From the human T2T-CHM13v2.0 reference genome, Homo sapiens: a stretch of 64,000 bases of DNA. The translations under genes and the position numbers were made by a program. Below the pieces are notes generated by a model. The model searched no databases, was not told the origin of the DNA, and saw only the letters and a list, made by a program, of their open reading frames with translations. The stretch lies in NCBI RefSeq assembly GCF_009914755.1, contig NC_060931.1; one strand, 5' to 3'. This document shows positions 1 to 48,527 of this stretch, one piece after another. Every line of letters starts with the position of its first letter. The first letter of the stretch is position 1.

Positions 1-967
1 ATAGGAACTTGTATAGTATAAGAACATGTAGGACAAAACAGTAAGTAAGGAAGTGAAAGTGAAGATAAAATAAAGATTGGAAAAGTAAGATAATGCGAGA
101 AGGATGAAGTTGGAACCTACTCGTGCCTGAAATTCTTGAAAGTTATTAGCTGTGGGCTATAAATTTGTTTCAGAGCATCACAGCAACCAAATGGGTGGGA
201 GAGGGGGCAGGCCAATGGCCAAAATTTACCACATCCACAATGTGGAAAAAGAAAATCAAAAGTGTTATAAAGGCTGCTTTGTGTATAGTTGATTATCTTT
301 CTGAAACATTTCTGGCAATGAGATGGGTGTTCAGTGTCCTAGGAACCTTCCTAAAACATCCCTCCCTGTAGGCTGTTGGCCTCATGACAAAGCCTATGTC
401 AGGGAAAGCCTCATCAGATGTGAAAATGTCCAGAGCACTCGTTAAGAGGACACAGCCTCCAGGGATATTGTTTTCAGCAACAAAGTCCCTGTGCCTCATC
501 CTAACCATGGATTAAGGTAGGGTTTGTCTGCATGTGCTGTCAATTTACAGCCTCCTGAGACACGAAGGCGTCAGGTAGAGGCTGGCAAAGAAATAGCCAT
601 GGGCAAAGCCCAGTTTTACTTGTTTTTTGTTTAGTTTTTTTTTTTTTTTCTTCAGATAATGTTGACTGAGACCCAAAGCTTTATGCCTTGGAACATGGCT
701 CTAGTAATTTGAACCAAGATAAATTCAATGATGTGTTAACACATTTCTGACATGGTCATTAAAATTTTTTTTCTCAATGAGGTCCCATAAGATATCTAAC
801 TTTAAACCATATAACTTCAAGGTGAATCCTACAAACTATAGTGATTGCAGACTGTGCCCTGGGTAAATAACTAAGCTTGCTGCTTAATATAGCTTTAAGA
901 TAGAAACCAATTAAATATTGGAGTAAGTAATTTGAAGTCATTGGTCTTGAACTCACAACTGTGATCA

Positions 968-1316
968 CTGTGGCTTGAATATCTATGTTTCTTCCAAAAT
1001 TTATGTTGAAACTTAATCCCCATTGTGGTGGTGTTAAGAGGTAGGGTCTTTTGGGGAGTGATTAAGTCATGAAGGTACCACCCACGTGAATAGGATTAGT
1101 GCTTTTAATAAAAAGCTCGAAGGAAGTAGTTTAGGCCCTTTTCGCCCTTTGACCTCCTACCACGTGAAGACACAAGAAAGCTCTCATTAAACATAGAATG
1201 CACATGCCTTGATCTTGGACTTCACAGCCTCCAGAACTGTGAGAAAGACATTTCTGTTCTTTATAAGCTACCTAGTCTATGGCATTTTGTTATAGCAGCA
1301 TAAATGGATTAAGACT
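968..1316 (+). mobile_element. MaLR solo LTR (MST/MLT1A-like)
   Basis: Typical gttgaaacttaatcccc...ttggacttcacagcctccagaactgtgag...ttgttatagcagca motifs. Confidence 0.8.
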
Positions 1317-2161
1317 GTGCTGGTGATTTGAAAGTGGCATGTGACAATAAAATTTTGTTCTCAGTGTAGCAGTGAGCAAAGTCTTAGTCTGAATGGCAGG
1401 CCCAGTCTCAACAAAATCTGGATCCTCAGGGAGGATCATTTCAGCTCTGGAATATGCAGTGGTGTGACCACAGGCTGCCTTCCTTCATTGTGCTGATCCA
1501 TTGTGCTGATCCAGCTTCCTAATCTATAAATGGATTTAGTAATACTCTTACTGAAAAGTCATTTCGAGGATAAAGTGTAATATATATTTAGTGTTCTTAG
1601 GATCTCTTCTGATGCATAACTATTACCATTATCCTGTTCTCCATGGTGGAATATGAGGCGATATATCCAGCTTTTTGAAAAGTAATATCAAATCATTGGG
1701 ATTCAATATGACAACAAGGTCACCTAAAAATTATAAATATTCTTTACTTATTTTTCTTTTAAGAGTTTATCCTAAGTAATCAAGGAGAGGCAAATTGATT
1801 AAGCCATAGGATGTTTGTGTTTATAATATTTAAAAAATTAGAGACAATCCAATTGTTTAGAAATAAGTATTCATTGAAAATATTATTCATTGGAATATTT
1901 TATCATCCATTACATGTCATTATAAAATAATATCTAAAGGCAAGGGAGCATATTTAAAATCTATTACTGGCTGAGTGCAGCGTTTCATGCCTGTAATCGC
2001 TTGAGCTCAGGAGATTGAGAAACAGCAACTACTTCATGTAGCTTGGGATTTATAAAGAACTCACGTAGAAATAAGTTAAAATCAGTCTCCAGTGGTTTCT
2101 GACAGTGCTCTTGTCTGTGTGAAAACCAGGTTAACACTGGTCAAAAATTAAATGATCATAG

Positions 2162-2485
<324 letters not shown>

Positions 2486-2956
2486 TAGACATTTTTAAAG
2501 GGTTGAATTTGCTGTTGAGTATGCTGGTTAGTCTAAAATCGGAAGGTAGAAGGGAAGGATGCCTTTTAAAAATGTGATTAGTCTCAGATAACTTATTTAT
2601 TTATTCATTAATGTGCATATTTATTAAGCCTCCATTTACCTGGGGACTCTTCTAGGCTCTAGACAAGCTCCTTGATCATTACATTTTAGTTAAAAGGGAA
2701 GAAGGCAAGAAGAGAGCTGGTAAAGAAATCGATGAGTGTCTAAAATAAAGCAGGGGTAAAAACTAGGATGCACCTACACCTGGATATTGTCACAGGTGGT
2801 TTGTGTGGTCACAGAAGCCTGTCTAATGAGGAGACATTTGGACTAGCTGGAATTTCAGAAAGAAACCAATCCTGCAAAGATCTGCAGCAGAAGACTGTGG
2901 GCAAAGGGGCACCCAATATTCAGGCACTAACAGAACCTGCCAGATAAACTTACAAG

Positions 2957-3364
2957 TGTATTAGTCAGGGTTCTCTAGAGAAATGGAACCAAGCCAATGT
3001 ATATATAGAGAGAGATTTATTTTGAGGAATTGGCTTAAATGATTGCAGGGGCTAAGTCTGAAGTTTTCAGGGCAGGCTGGCAGGCTGGAGAACCAGGGAA
3101 GGGTTGATGTTACAGCTCGAGTCTGAAGGCTATTTGGAGACAAAATTTCTTCTTTCTTGGGGAATCTCATTCTTTATTCTTAAGACTTTAAAATGCCTGT
3201 GAGACCAACCCACATTGTAGAGGGTAGTCTTCTGTATTTAGTCTATAGATTTAGATGTTAATCACATCTAAAAAATACCTTCACTGCAATATCTAGACTG
3301 GTGCTTGACCAAACATCTGGGCGCCATGGCCTAGCCAAAGTGACACACAAAATTAACCATCACA
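2957..3364 (-). mobile_element. MLT2 (ERVL) solo LTR
   Basis: tgtattagtcagggttctctagaga...aaaattaaccatcaca ends. Confidence 0.85.
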
Positions 3365-3964
3365 ACGAAGCTTAGGCACAAATTGGCAATAGTTGGAGCC
3401 ACCATGACCACTCTGCGTGCTCATCTCTGCTTTTCTGGTTATGACCTAACTATCCAGCTTCAGCTCCCATGGGCTTGGTCTTAGTCTTTGATGTGAGAAC
3501 CTCGTGGAGTAGGAGCTATCTGAGGCTGACCCTCTCTGTGGGGTTTCCAGGTAGCTGTGCTTTTGTCTAAGACTGGGGTCTCACAGATTCTCAGCATATG
3601 CAGACTGAGTAGCGCCTCTGAGATGGGAGTTATCCTGGGCATCAACCTATGAACCTCCAGGGAGGCTTCCTCACTGGACTGGAATGCTGTGGGCATCATA
3701 CATGTGCAGTCTCCCCTCTCTTTTGGGACTTCACATGGCAAGACACATTGGAATGAGGCAGTTACTGGAGGAACTAGGAAGTAGAAGATTTCAGAGGCCC
3801 TGAGCAAAAAGGGTATGAAGTAGGAATCTGATCAGTCAGGCCTAAGGCCACTGACTGGGTCACTGAAGTCACTATGGGTTAAAAGATCAGCATACTGGTG
3901 GAGACAGGCCAATATGTCTGTCCATCTTCCCCCAGAGCAGCAGTAACCTGGTCATAGCTCCTGC

Positions 3965-4696
3965 TGAAACCACCTTTGCAAAAATGAAAACTAAGGGAAG
4001 TATGACGGTGAAAGAGACAAGACCTATCCGACTCCATCATGCTTCTAACTTTTAAGCTGTCCTTGTTCATTCCTGGGAGTAGGCCAAACTAACTTTGGGA
4101 AGGAATTCAGTTCATGGTTTGACTCTGAAACAAAATTGATAACAGTCCTTTCCTGAAAAGACCCCCTTCTTGCTTGGGGACCAATCTGCCTTTTTAGGAC
4201 TAACAAATTAGCTACAAGATTAGAAATTACAGTTTAGGGGTCACGCAGACCCTGGCTCCAAGAGTCTGAACCTCCCCAAATTGTTCCTGGGGATAACATC
4301 ACTATTGTAAGACCTAAGATCAGTGCTTGAGATGTTTTGCAGACCCTGCACTAGATGGATCAGCTGATACCACCCAGGCCAGTAATCTGACTCAACCAGT
4401 TCTGCCAGCCCACCCAGGAACAGAAGACAGCAAGAAAACCTCACTTTGACTCTCTACGATTCCATCTCCAACCTGACCAATCAGCACTCCCCACTTCCCA
4501 AGCCCCTACCTGCCAAACTATCTTTAAAAACTCTGATCCTCAAATGCTCAGGGACACTAATTTGAGTAATAATAAAACTCCAGTATCCCACACATCCGGC
4601 TCTGCGTGAATTATTCTTTCTCCGTTGCAATTCCCCTGTCTTGATAAATTGGCTCTGTCAAGGCAATGGGCAAGGTGAACCCTTTGGATGGTTACA
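3965..4696 (+). mobile_element. LTR8/LTR8A-like ERV1 solo LTR
   Basis: TGAAACCACCTTTGCAAAA...GGTTACA, TG..CA ends, near-TSD ctgc/gtgc. Confidence 0.8.
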
Positions 4697-4990
4697 GTGC
4701 CACCCTCCTCCCTCCAATCTTCTGAGTTTCTGAGCATAGAATGGACAAGGCTTATTCTGGAATGCTGGGGGTGGGGTGGATCAGAAAGAGGACATTCAGT
4801 GACTAGCCTCAGTCTAAGCCCACCTAGATCTAACTAGCTTCAGGACAAAGGGAAGTGCCATACTCCTGCCCAGTGTCAGGCAGTGTCAGGCAGAAGTTGG
4901 TGATAAAGGTTTATTTGCCATTTTATTTGTGCTTGAGATTCTCTTGGGGAAGTGTGGAGAATTTTTAGGACCTCATAGCTATAAAACTAT

Positions 4991-5361
4991 TGTCTTAGTC
5001 TGTTTTCTGTTGCTATAACAGAATACCACAGCCTGGGTAATTTATAAACAACAGAAGTTTGTTTGGCTCACAGTTCTGGATGCTTGGAAATCTGAGAGCA
5101 TGGCACTGCCATGTGATGAGGGTTCTACCATGGCAGAAGGGTGAAAGGGCACAGGAACATGTGAGACAGAGAGAGAAATGGGGCCAAACTCATCCTTTTA
5201 TTAGGAGCCCACTCTTCAGGTGACTATCCCACTCCAATGATAATGGCATTAATTCAGAGCTCTTATGACCCAATCACTTTTTAAAGGTCTTACCTCTGAA
5301 CACTGTTACAATGGCAATTAAATTTCAGCATGAGGTTTGGTGGTCACATTCAAACCACAGA
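4991..5361 (-). mobile_element. MST-family MaLR solo LTR
   Basis: tgtcttagtctgttttctgttgctataacagaatacc...cacattcaaaccacag. Confidence 0.8.
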
Positions 5362-5507
5362 AACCACTTAATAGAATTCCATTTCCTACATTAATTTTAT
5401 TAGATATTCTCATATAAAACAAAGATAACATATTGAAAGTTGAACTAGCCTTGTAGCATATTAAACTTTAAATGAGTGATATACAAAATTACTTAACAAA
5501 ATATCAC

Positions 5508-17180
<11,673 letters not shown>

Positions 17181-19056
17181 GATCCCCTACCAAAGAACAA
17201 ACAGCTGGTAGGATGAAGAGCAACATTTGTCCTCATTCCTATTTTATGAAAAACATGAAGCTATACATACAGTTTCTAAATTTGTTTTGTATAATGTCTT
17301 CTTCCTCCACGGGTGTTTCTTCTTGAAGACGGAATTTTGAAAAGCTTCTGATTCTTCTGTTGCATCATCCTCCGTGACACCTCATAATGCAGATGGCCAC
17401 CACGCCCAGCCAGGGCATGGACAGGCAACCACCTCTCTGCTTCAAGGGCCTAATTGTACCATATGTCACACCCACTGAATAATACAAAGGCCCCCCCATG
17501 TACCTACCGCTTTTCGATAGCAAATCTGGATGTTTTGCTGTGTTTGCTTCAGTGCTTTTCTAATAAAGAAAATATCAGAAATATAATAGTAGACCCCCAA
17601 GTATCCCTGAATCTCAGCACTCTTATTTTCCACAGATAACTACAACCTGAAAATTGATATACTCTATTCTCATTATTTTTGATACTTTACTATGTAAATC
17701 TGTATCTATAAATAATACCATTTTCATGCTTAAAACATAAACTAAATGTTATGCCACTCTAGGTTTTCTTACAATATTATTTATCTTGAGACATTAACTC
17801 CACTCATTTTAATTGCTCTATGGTATTTCATTATACATACATCACAATTCATTTACCCATCCTTCTGTAAATGTATGCTTAGGTTGTTTTCAGTTTTTTT
17901 GGCAAGGAATAATGCTCATTGCACGTTGTTATATGCACATCACAAGGTTTTTCTAAACATACACCTAGAAACAGAATAGTTAGGTGGAAGGATGAGCTGG
18001 TTTATTTGGGGCATAAATTCTACGATGACAGTCATTTCACTCTCAGCACTTTGGAGATACTACTCCATGGCCTTGTGGATTGATTGTTGTTGATGAGAAT
18101 TCTGTCTTATCTTCATTTCTCTGTTTTTTTTGGCAATTTCTCGCGTAGTTTTTAAGATTTTCTGTTTATCCATATTTTCCAGTTGTATTTTAGTGTATCC
18201 AGGTTTGATACTAGTTTTTGTTTTTCCTCACTTATAACTCAGAGAGTCTTTTCAATTTGGGTACTTGTGTGTTTTTTCAGTTCTGGACTATTTTTCAGCC
18301 ATCAGGGCTTCAAATATTGCTTCTCTGCCACTGCCTCAATTTTCTTAGAATGGTCCACCTATTGACACTTGTGTCTCCCTTTTGCTTTCCGTTCAACTGC
18401 TCCTTCATATTTGTTTTTGCTTTTTTCTCTTTTTACTTATGCTGATTTCTGGGTGAATTTGTAAGTGTTATTTTTCAATTTACTACTTATTTTCTGAAAG
18501 CTTAGATTTATACCAAGAAACCCCCAAGTTTCTACTTTTTTACCTACTAGTCCAAAATTCGAAAGTTACAAAATGGTACACAGCAAATATGGCCTTTCCA
18601 CCCGGCATCTGCCTTCTAGCTATTGGTTCCCCTCTCTTTTAGCATCTATGCTACCATTTATAGTATTTCCTTTCAAAGATGTGATACACATGCACAGTAT
18701 GTGACATTGTATTATATATGTAATATTTTATAGGTATATTTATCTCTCCACATTCCTAATGGTAGCTTACTATAAACTGTGCTCTGCATCTTGCTTCTTT
18801 CCCTTAAACATGTATCTTGGAAGTTGTTTTGATTGTTTGAGATAATCTTCCTCATTCATTTATGACTGAATAGTGTTTCATTGGGTGAATGGGCCATAGG
18901 CTATTTAGCCTGTCTCATATTGATGGGCAGTTTGGTATTTAAAATAATGTGCAATAGTAATCTTGTATTTAAGTTATTATCCATATGTGTGAATATATCT
19001 TTAAGGATATATACCCAGAGGAGGAACTTCTGGGTCAAAGTCTATGTGTATTTTTC

Positions 19057-20073
19057 AAGAATAAATCCGCACATATACAGCCAACTAATCATTGATAAGT
19101 TTGTCAGGTGTACACAATAAGGAAAGGACACTGTAGTCTCTTCAATGAATGGTGCTGGGAAAAGTAGATATTCACATGCAAAAGAATTAAATTGGACAGT
19201 TATCTTACACCATACCCAAATAATACCTTGAAATAGATAAAAGACTTAAACATAAGACCTCTAACCATAAAATTCCTAGAAGAAAACAAGGAAAAAATCT
19301 CCCTGACATTGGTCTTGACAATGACTTTTTAAATATGACATCAAAAGCACATGCAAAAATAAATAAGTGGAACCACATCAAACCAAAAACCAAAAAGCTT
19401 TTGCACAGCAAAGGAACTTAATAACAAGAAAACAAATAACTGAATTTAAAAGTTGGCAAAGGTCCTAAATAGACATTTTTTTCCAGAGAAGACATACACA
19501 TTGCCAACAGGCATGTGAAAAGCTACTCAACATCATTAATCATCAGGGAAATGTAAATCAAAACAACAATGAGATATCACCTCACAGCTGTTAGGATGGC
19601 TATTATAAAAAAGATAAACAGCTAGTGTTGCACAAAGTGGTACACGCCTGTAATCCCAGCTACTCGGGATGCTGAGGCAGGAGGACTGCTTGAGCCCAGG
19701 AGTTTGAGACCAGCCTGGGCAACATAGCCAGACCCCATATTTTAAAGAAATTGTTAATCTTAAAACAAACAAACAAAAATATATAAAGATAAGTGTAGGC
19801 AAGAATGCAGAGAAAATGTAACCCTTGTATACTGTTGGTGGGATGTAAATTGGTATACTCATTATGAAAAACAGTATGGAAGTGCCTTAAAAAATTAAAA
19901 ATAGAACTACCTTATGATTCAGCAATCCCACTTCTGGGTATATATATCCAAAGGAAATAAAATCAGTGTGTTGAAGAGATATTTGCACTTCCATGTTCAT
20001 TGTATCACTATTTACAAGCCAAGATATAAAAACAACCCAAGTGTTTATTGATGGATGAATGAATGTGATTTAT

Positions 20074-20113
<40 letters not shown>

Positions 20114-20675
20114 TGGGTGTGTGGTGGTGGTGGGGGGAGAGAAAGAGAATGGAATATTATTCAGCCATAAAAAGTAGGAAATTGTGTCATTTGTGTCCAC
20201 ATGAATGAGCCTGGAGAACATTATGCTAAGTGAAATAAACCAGACACAGATAGGTGAATACTGTATGATCTAATTTATATGTGGAGCCTAAAAAGTCAAA
20301 TGTGTAGAAGCAAAGAGTAGAATGGGAGTTGCCAGTGGCTGATGGGCAGAGGGAGTGGGAATGGGGAGATGTTGGTCAAAAGGTGCAGAGCTTCAGTTAC
20401 AAGAGGAATACATTCCAGGGATCGAATGTACAGCATGCTGACTACAGTTAGCAACATTGTATTGTATACTTGAAATGTATTGAGGGAGTAGATAGATCTC
20501 AAGTGTTCTTACCCCACATACGCATACACAAAGGTAACTAAGTGAGATGATGAATATGTCAATTAGCTTGATTGTAGTAATTATTTCACAACGTACATGT
20601 GTATAAAACCAACATGTACAACTGAAACATAGAAGTTTTGTTTGTTAATTATATCTCAATAAAGTTGGAAAAAAT
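19057..20675 (+). mobile_element. L1MA 3' fragment with embedded FLAM/Alu monomer (~19622-19760) and (CA)n (~20075-20111)
   Basis: L1 ORF2 end and 3' UTR motifs, ending tatctcaataaagttggaaaaaa. Confidence 0.8.
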
Positions 20676-21520
20676 CCAAAATGTGTCTTTAAAAATTTCA
20701 ACCAAAGAAAAAGGCCATTATTTTAACATGCAGAGCACTGCAGAGTCAAAGAAATCCAGTCTCTCTCCTGTGTGAAGAGAAGATGATCTTGTTTCTCCAA
20801 TGAGGCTGAAAACCCAAACTGCTATAACATTGAAATACATAAATATATATCAAAAAAGGAAACCTTGTCTTTAAATTACTCAGATTATCAGAAAAAAGCA
20901 CAAAATGTAAAAGCCCCTCCAGTTGGTGGAACCCTGGTGAGACTATGTTGTATGTTCTAGAGGGAAAGACTGAGCTCACAGAGGTGAAGGTTGGAGAGGG
21001 GAATTATACAAGGGCTTTCAGCTGCTTGAGATTGGAACAGACAGTAACAAGGCAGGGCAAAAGTGGGAGAGATGGAAAAGCACAAATGGAGGATGTGTCC
21101 TGAAAGTTTAAATAAACTAGCTTCAGCCAACAACATGGGTAAAACAACAGAGACCAGGCAGGAAGGAAGGGCCAGAGGGCTTTGAAAAATCAGAATTTGT
21201 ACTCAAATACATTTTTCCTCTTCTCAAAATGCTCATAAGCAGGAGATTATCTGCATATCTACAAGTAAAGTGAAAAAATTAGGCATAAAGTGAAAATATA
21301 TGTCAGAGAATGTTGGATCTTTCTAAATACTGAGGCCGATTATGTGGTAGAAAGATGATTATGTCATAAAGTATAGAAAATAAAAACATTGAGATATTCT
21401 TATTATAAATAAATTATTCTTGTATCATGTTTTAATTTCCATGGCATCATTACCTACATTCTTGTCTGATCTGGTTTGCAAATATTTGTAATTTCAATCA
21501 CACTGCAAAAGTCAAAAGTT

Positions 21521-21833
21521 GGCTAGGTGTGGTGGCTCATGCCTAGAGCCCCAGTGCTTTGGGAGGCTGAGGCAGGAACATTCCTTGAGGCCAGGAGTTG
21601 GAGACCAGCCTGGGCAACATAGCAAGACCATTGTCTCTAAAAAAAATTTAAAAATTAGCTAGATGTGGTGCTGTGGGCCTGGACTCCTAATTACTCAGGA
21701 AGCTAAGGTGGGAGGATCTCCTGAGCTTAAGAGTTCAAAGCTTCGCTGAGCCATGATCACACTAATGCCTTTCAGCCTGGATGACAGAGCAATATCCTGT
21801 CTCAAAAAAAATAAAATAAAAATAAAATAAAAA
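21521..21833 (+). mobile_element. AluJ-like
   Basis: Full dimer with A-rich tail; TSD-like aaaagtt. Confidence 0.9.
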
Positions 21834-21989
21834 GTTTCTTCTAAGGAATGATAACACTTCATTATCACTGAACTTATGATTTCAGCCAGTCAAGAAGGTT
21901 ATCAACTTGGATGAATGCTGTACTTTTTTGTTAATCCAATGGAGAATAGAGATGCTCTTTGGTCATGACAGCTCCAGTTATTATGATCA

Positions 21990-22343
<354 letters not shown>

Positions 22344-23656
22344 CTAGAGGATGCTGTGACTTGCACAAACAAAAGCATTTGTCATGCTTGGCAATAACCT
22401 AAGAGCGTGTATATGCAGTGGAACAAACATTTGACATTGCAGTATGAAGTCTTGATTACTCATGACTGGACCACTGAAGATGCTTAGAATTCATTATGAT
22501 ATTATATTAGAGCAGGATAAACCACAGAATTAGAGTTAATTCCTGCACAAAAACTATCTTCTCTTTAACCAATTCTGATATTACCTGTCTCCTGCTAGAT
22601 TTCTAAGGCTATACTCGTGTAACAGAAACAGACTCATGTTCAGTTCAAGTTGTCAAATACCCACCATTATGAAAAGTCTTGATTTAAAAAAAAATTTTCA
22701 ACAAGAGAAAACCAAGGCTGCTAACTGTTGCTGCAGTCGTTGGAACAACAGGATTTCTTTGAATGTTCTCTGTATCAACTTATCCCCTCAAACTCTCACA
22801 AGCGGTTACCACCGGGTAAGTAGCCCTTATTATTTTTGCCAGGGTTGTATAGGGCTTTCTGGGTATCAAAAGTGTCTCCTACTGAACTGCGCCATAGCTG
22901 TTGGTGTCTATTGGCCTCACCAAGCATATGCCAGATAGATAATCTTCATTCCCATGAAGCACCATTGGTAATATACTCATTGTACTTTCTGTAGATCTCA
23001 AAATCCAGGCAGGCAACAAGTTTACACTTAAGCCAAGTGTTTGGAGTTCTAAACGCGATTCCATATAAATATGGTTAAGAGCTTTAAAAAAAGTCTCTCA
23101 ACTTATAAAACAGAAATATTCTCAAAAAATAAGATATAAGGAAGAATGTTCACATGATAATTTTATTATCGACACACAATTTCCAAATACTTATTAGTCT
23201 TGAAAAAAATGCATTAGATGAGAAATTTGCAAGCAAATTTGTCTAAAATTAAGGATTCCTTTACTAAGTGAATCATTACTCCTGCATCTCATTAGTAAAT
23301 TCTTTTTATGTTTTATTTTTGTATACTGGTGGGGTGTTTTGTTTTGTTGTGTTTTTAGGGTGAGACAGTTATACTTATTTGGAAAACGTGATGCATGTCC
23401 CCAATTTTTCTGGACCGCTCTACAGTAACTGTGGTTCCCAGCCAGAGCGGCATGAGGAGGACTGAGGCCTGACTCTCTTCCTGCGTCCACGTCCCCACGT
23501 CCCCACGCCCCCACACCCCTGCAACAGTAAGGCCCTGCTCCCACCCCCGCTGCGTCCCGCCCGGTTCCCCGTGGCATCGCTGCGCTGCCCTGCCCTGGTC
23601 CGGCTCTGGGCTACGGGCAGTTGACAGGCGGCGCCCGCGCTCCGCTTCCTGCCCTG

Positions 23657-23693
23657 ATTGGCCCACCGCTCCCCCTCAGGCTTCCCCTATTGG
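23657..23693 (-). promoter_or_regulatory. Two CCAAT boxes (NF-Y), 32 bp apart
   Basis: CTGATTGGC (ATTGG 23657-61) and CTATTGGCT (ATTGG 23689-93). Confidence 0.65.
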
Positions 23694-23719
23694 CTGACAG
23701 TGCTCCAGCCGCGCCCGCC

Positions 23720-23872
23720 GGTTGGCCGTTCAGCCGTTGCCCTGGCGACGCCGATGTTGTGGTTCCGCGGCGCGCTGGGAGTTTGGGTTTGGTTGGCTGC
23801 AGCCAGCCAGCCGTGTAAAAACTCCAACGCCGGGCGCCGCGGGCAGCACCCACGGAGACCCGCGGGGAGCTG
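23720..23872 (+). other. C7orf57: C7orf57 non-coding exon 1 (TSS approximate)
   Basis: Lies just downstream of CCAAT boxes in the CpG island; ends at donor CTG|GTGAGC (23873); start position inferred. Confidence 0.6.
23736..23749 (+). promoter_or_regulatory. RFX X-box
   Basis: GTTGCCCTGGCGAC, 12/14 match to palindromic GTTGCCATGGCAAC, at the inferred TSS. Confidence 0.7.
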
Positions 23873-24082
23873 GTGAGCCTGAGCGGGCTGGAGGACAATG
23901 GGGGCGCCCACTGTGGTCCCGGGCCTTGTCCACTGTGCGGAGCTCGCAGTGCGGGCAGTGCGCGCCGGGGCTGGAGGGAGGGGACCACCTTGTCGCCGGG
24001 TTGGGATGAGCACAGGGCGGGATCTCCAAGCCTGCCCAAGTCCCGCGGCCCCTTGGTTACCTGTTGCTTATCCTCTCTGTAC

Positions 24083-24359
24083 TTGCTGTGTCCCTGGCGT
24101 GGACGTGCCTGTACTGGATACCCGGCGTGACGTGCCCCCTCTGTGTGCCCCGCACGCACGTGTCTCTGCTGAATACCCCGCGTGAATGTGCCCCTGCTGT
24201 GTACCCGGAGTGCGTACGTCCCTGCTGTGTACCCTGTGTGGACGTGCCCTGCTGTCTACCCGGCGTGCGTGTGTTCCTGCTGTATACCGGCGTGATGTGC
24301 TCCCTTCTGTTTACCTGGCGTGGACATGCCCCCTGCTGTATACCCTGCATGGAAGTGCC
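24083..24359. repeat. Degenerate ~28-bp CpG-rich minisatellite, ~10 copies
   Basis: Consensus ~CTGCTGTGTACCCGGCGTGGACGTGCCC repeated head-to-tail in intron 1. Confidence 0.85.
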
Positions 24360-24550
24360 AGCGCTAGGCGATCGTAAGGCGCCTGCAGGCGTGTCAGGGC
24401 GAGGCGTACAGACCGACCCAGAGCGGGCGCGCGGATTTTGCTTTTGCAGCTGCAGCTCCTGGCAACTGGTCAAGCAGGCAGCGTCCAGCGCACCCGCGAA
24501 CACCAGGTCCGGCAGCATCTGTCTTTTCCCGCAGCGTGCAGCGCCTGACC

Positions 24551-48527
<23,977 letters not shown>

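Noticed and set aside
293-508. 71-aa minus-strand ORF in SUN3 intron as a possible next exon
   Set aside because: Does not match the SUN3 continuation I recall (ARLRMPKEQLELL...), which was not found in the window.
1486-1511. Small tandem duplications (13 bp here; 17 bp at ~12454-12490; ~46160-46255)
   Set aside because: Ordinary slippage events with no functional context.
24083-24359. ~28-bp repeats resembling a CRISPR array
   Set aside because: Head-to-tail degenerate units with no unique spacers, no cas genes, in a primate intron.
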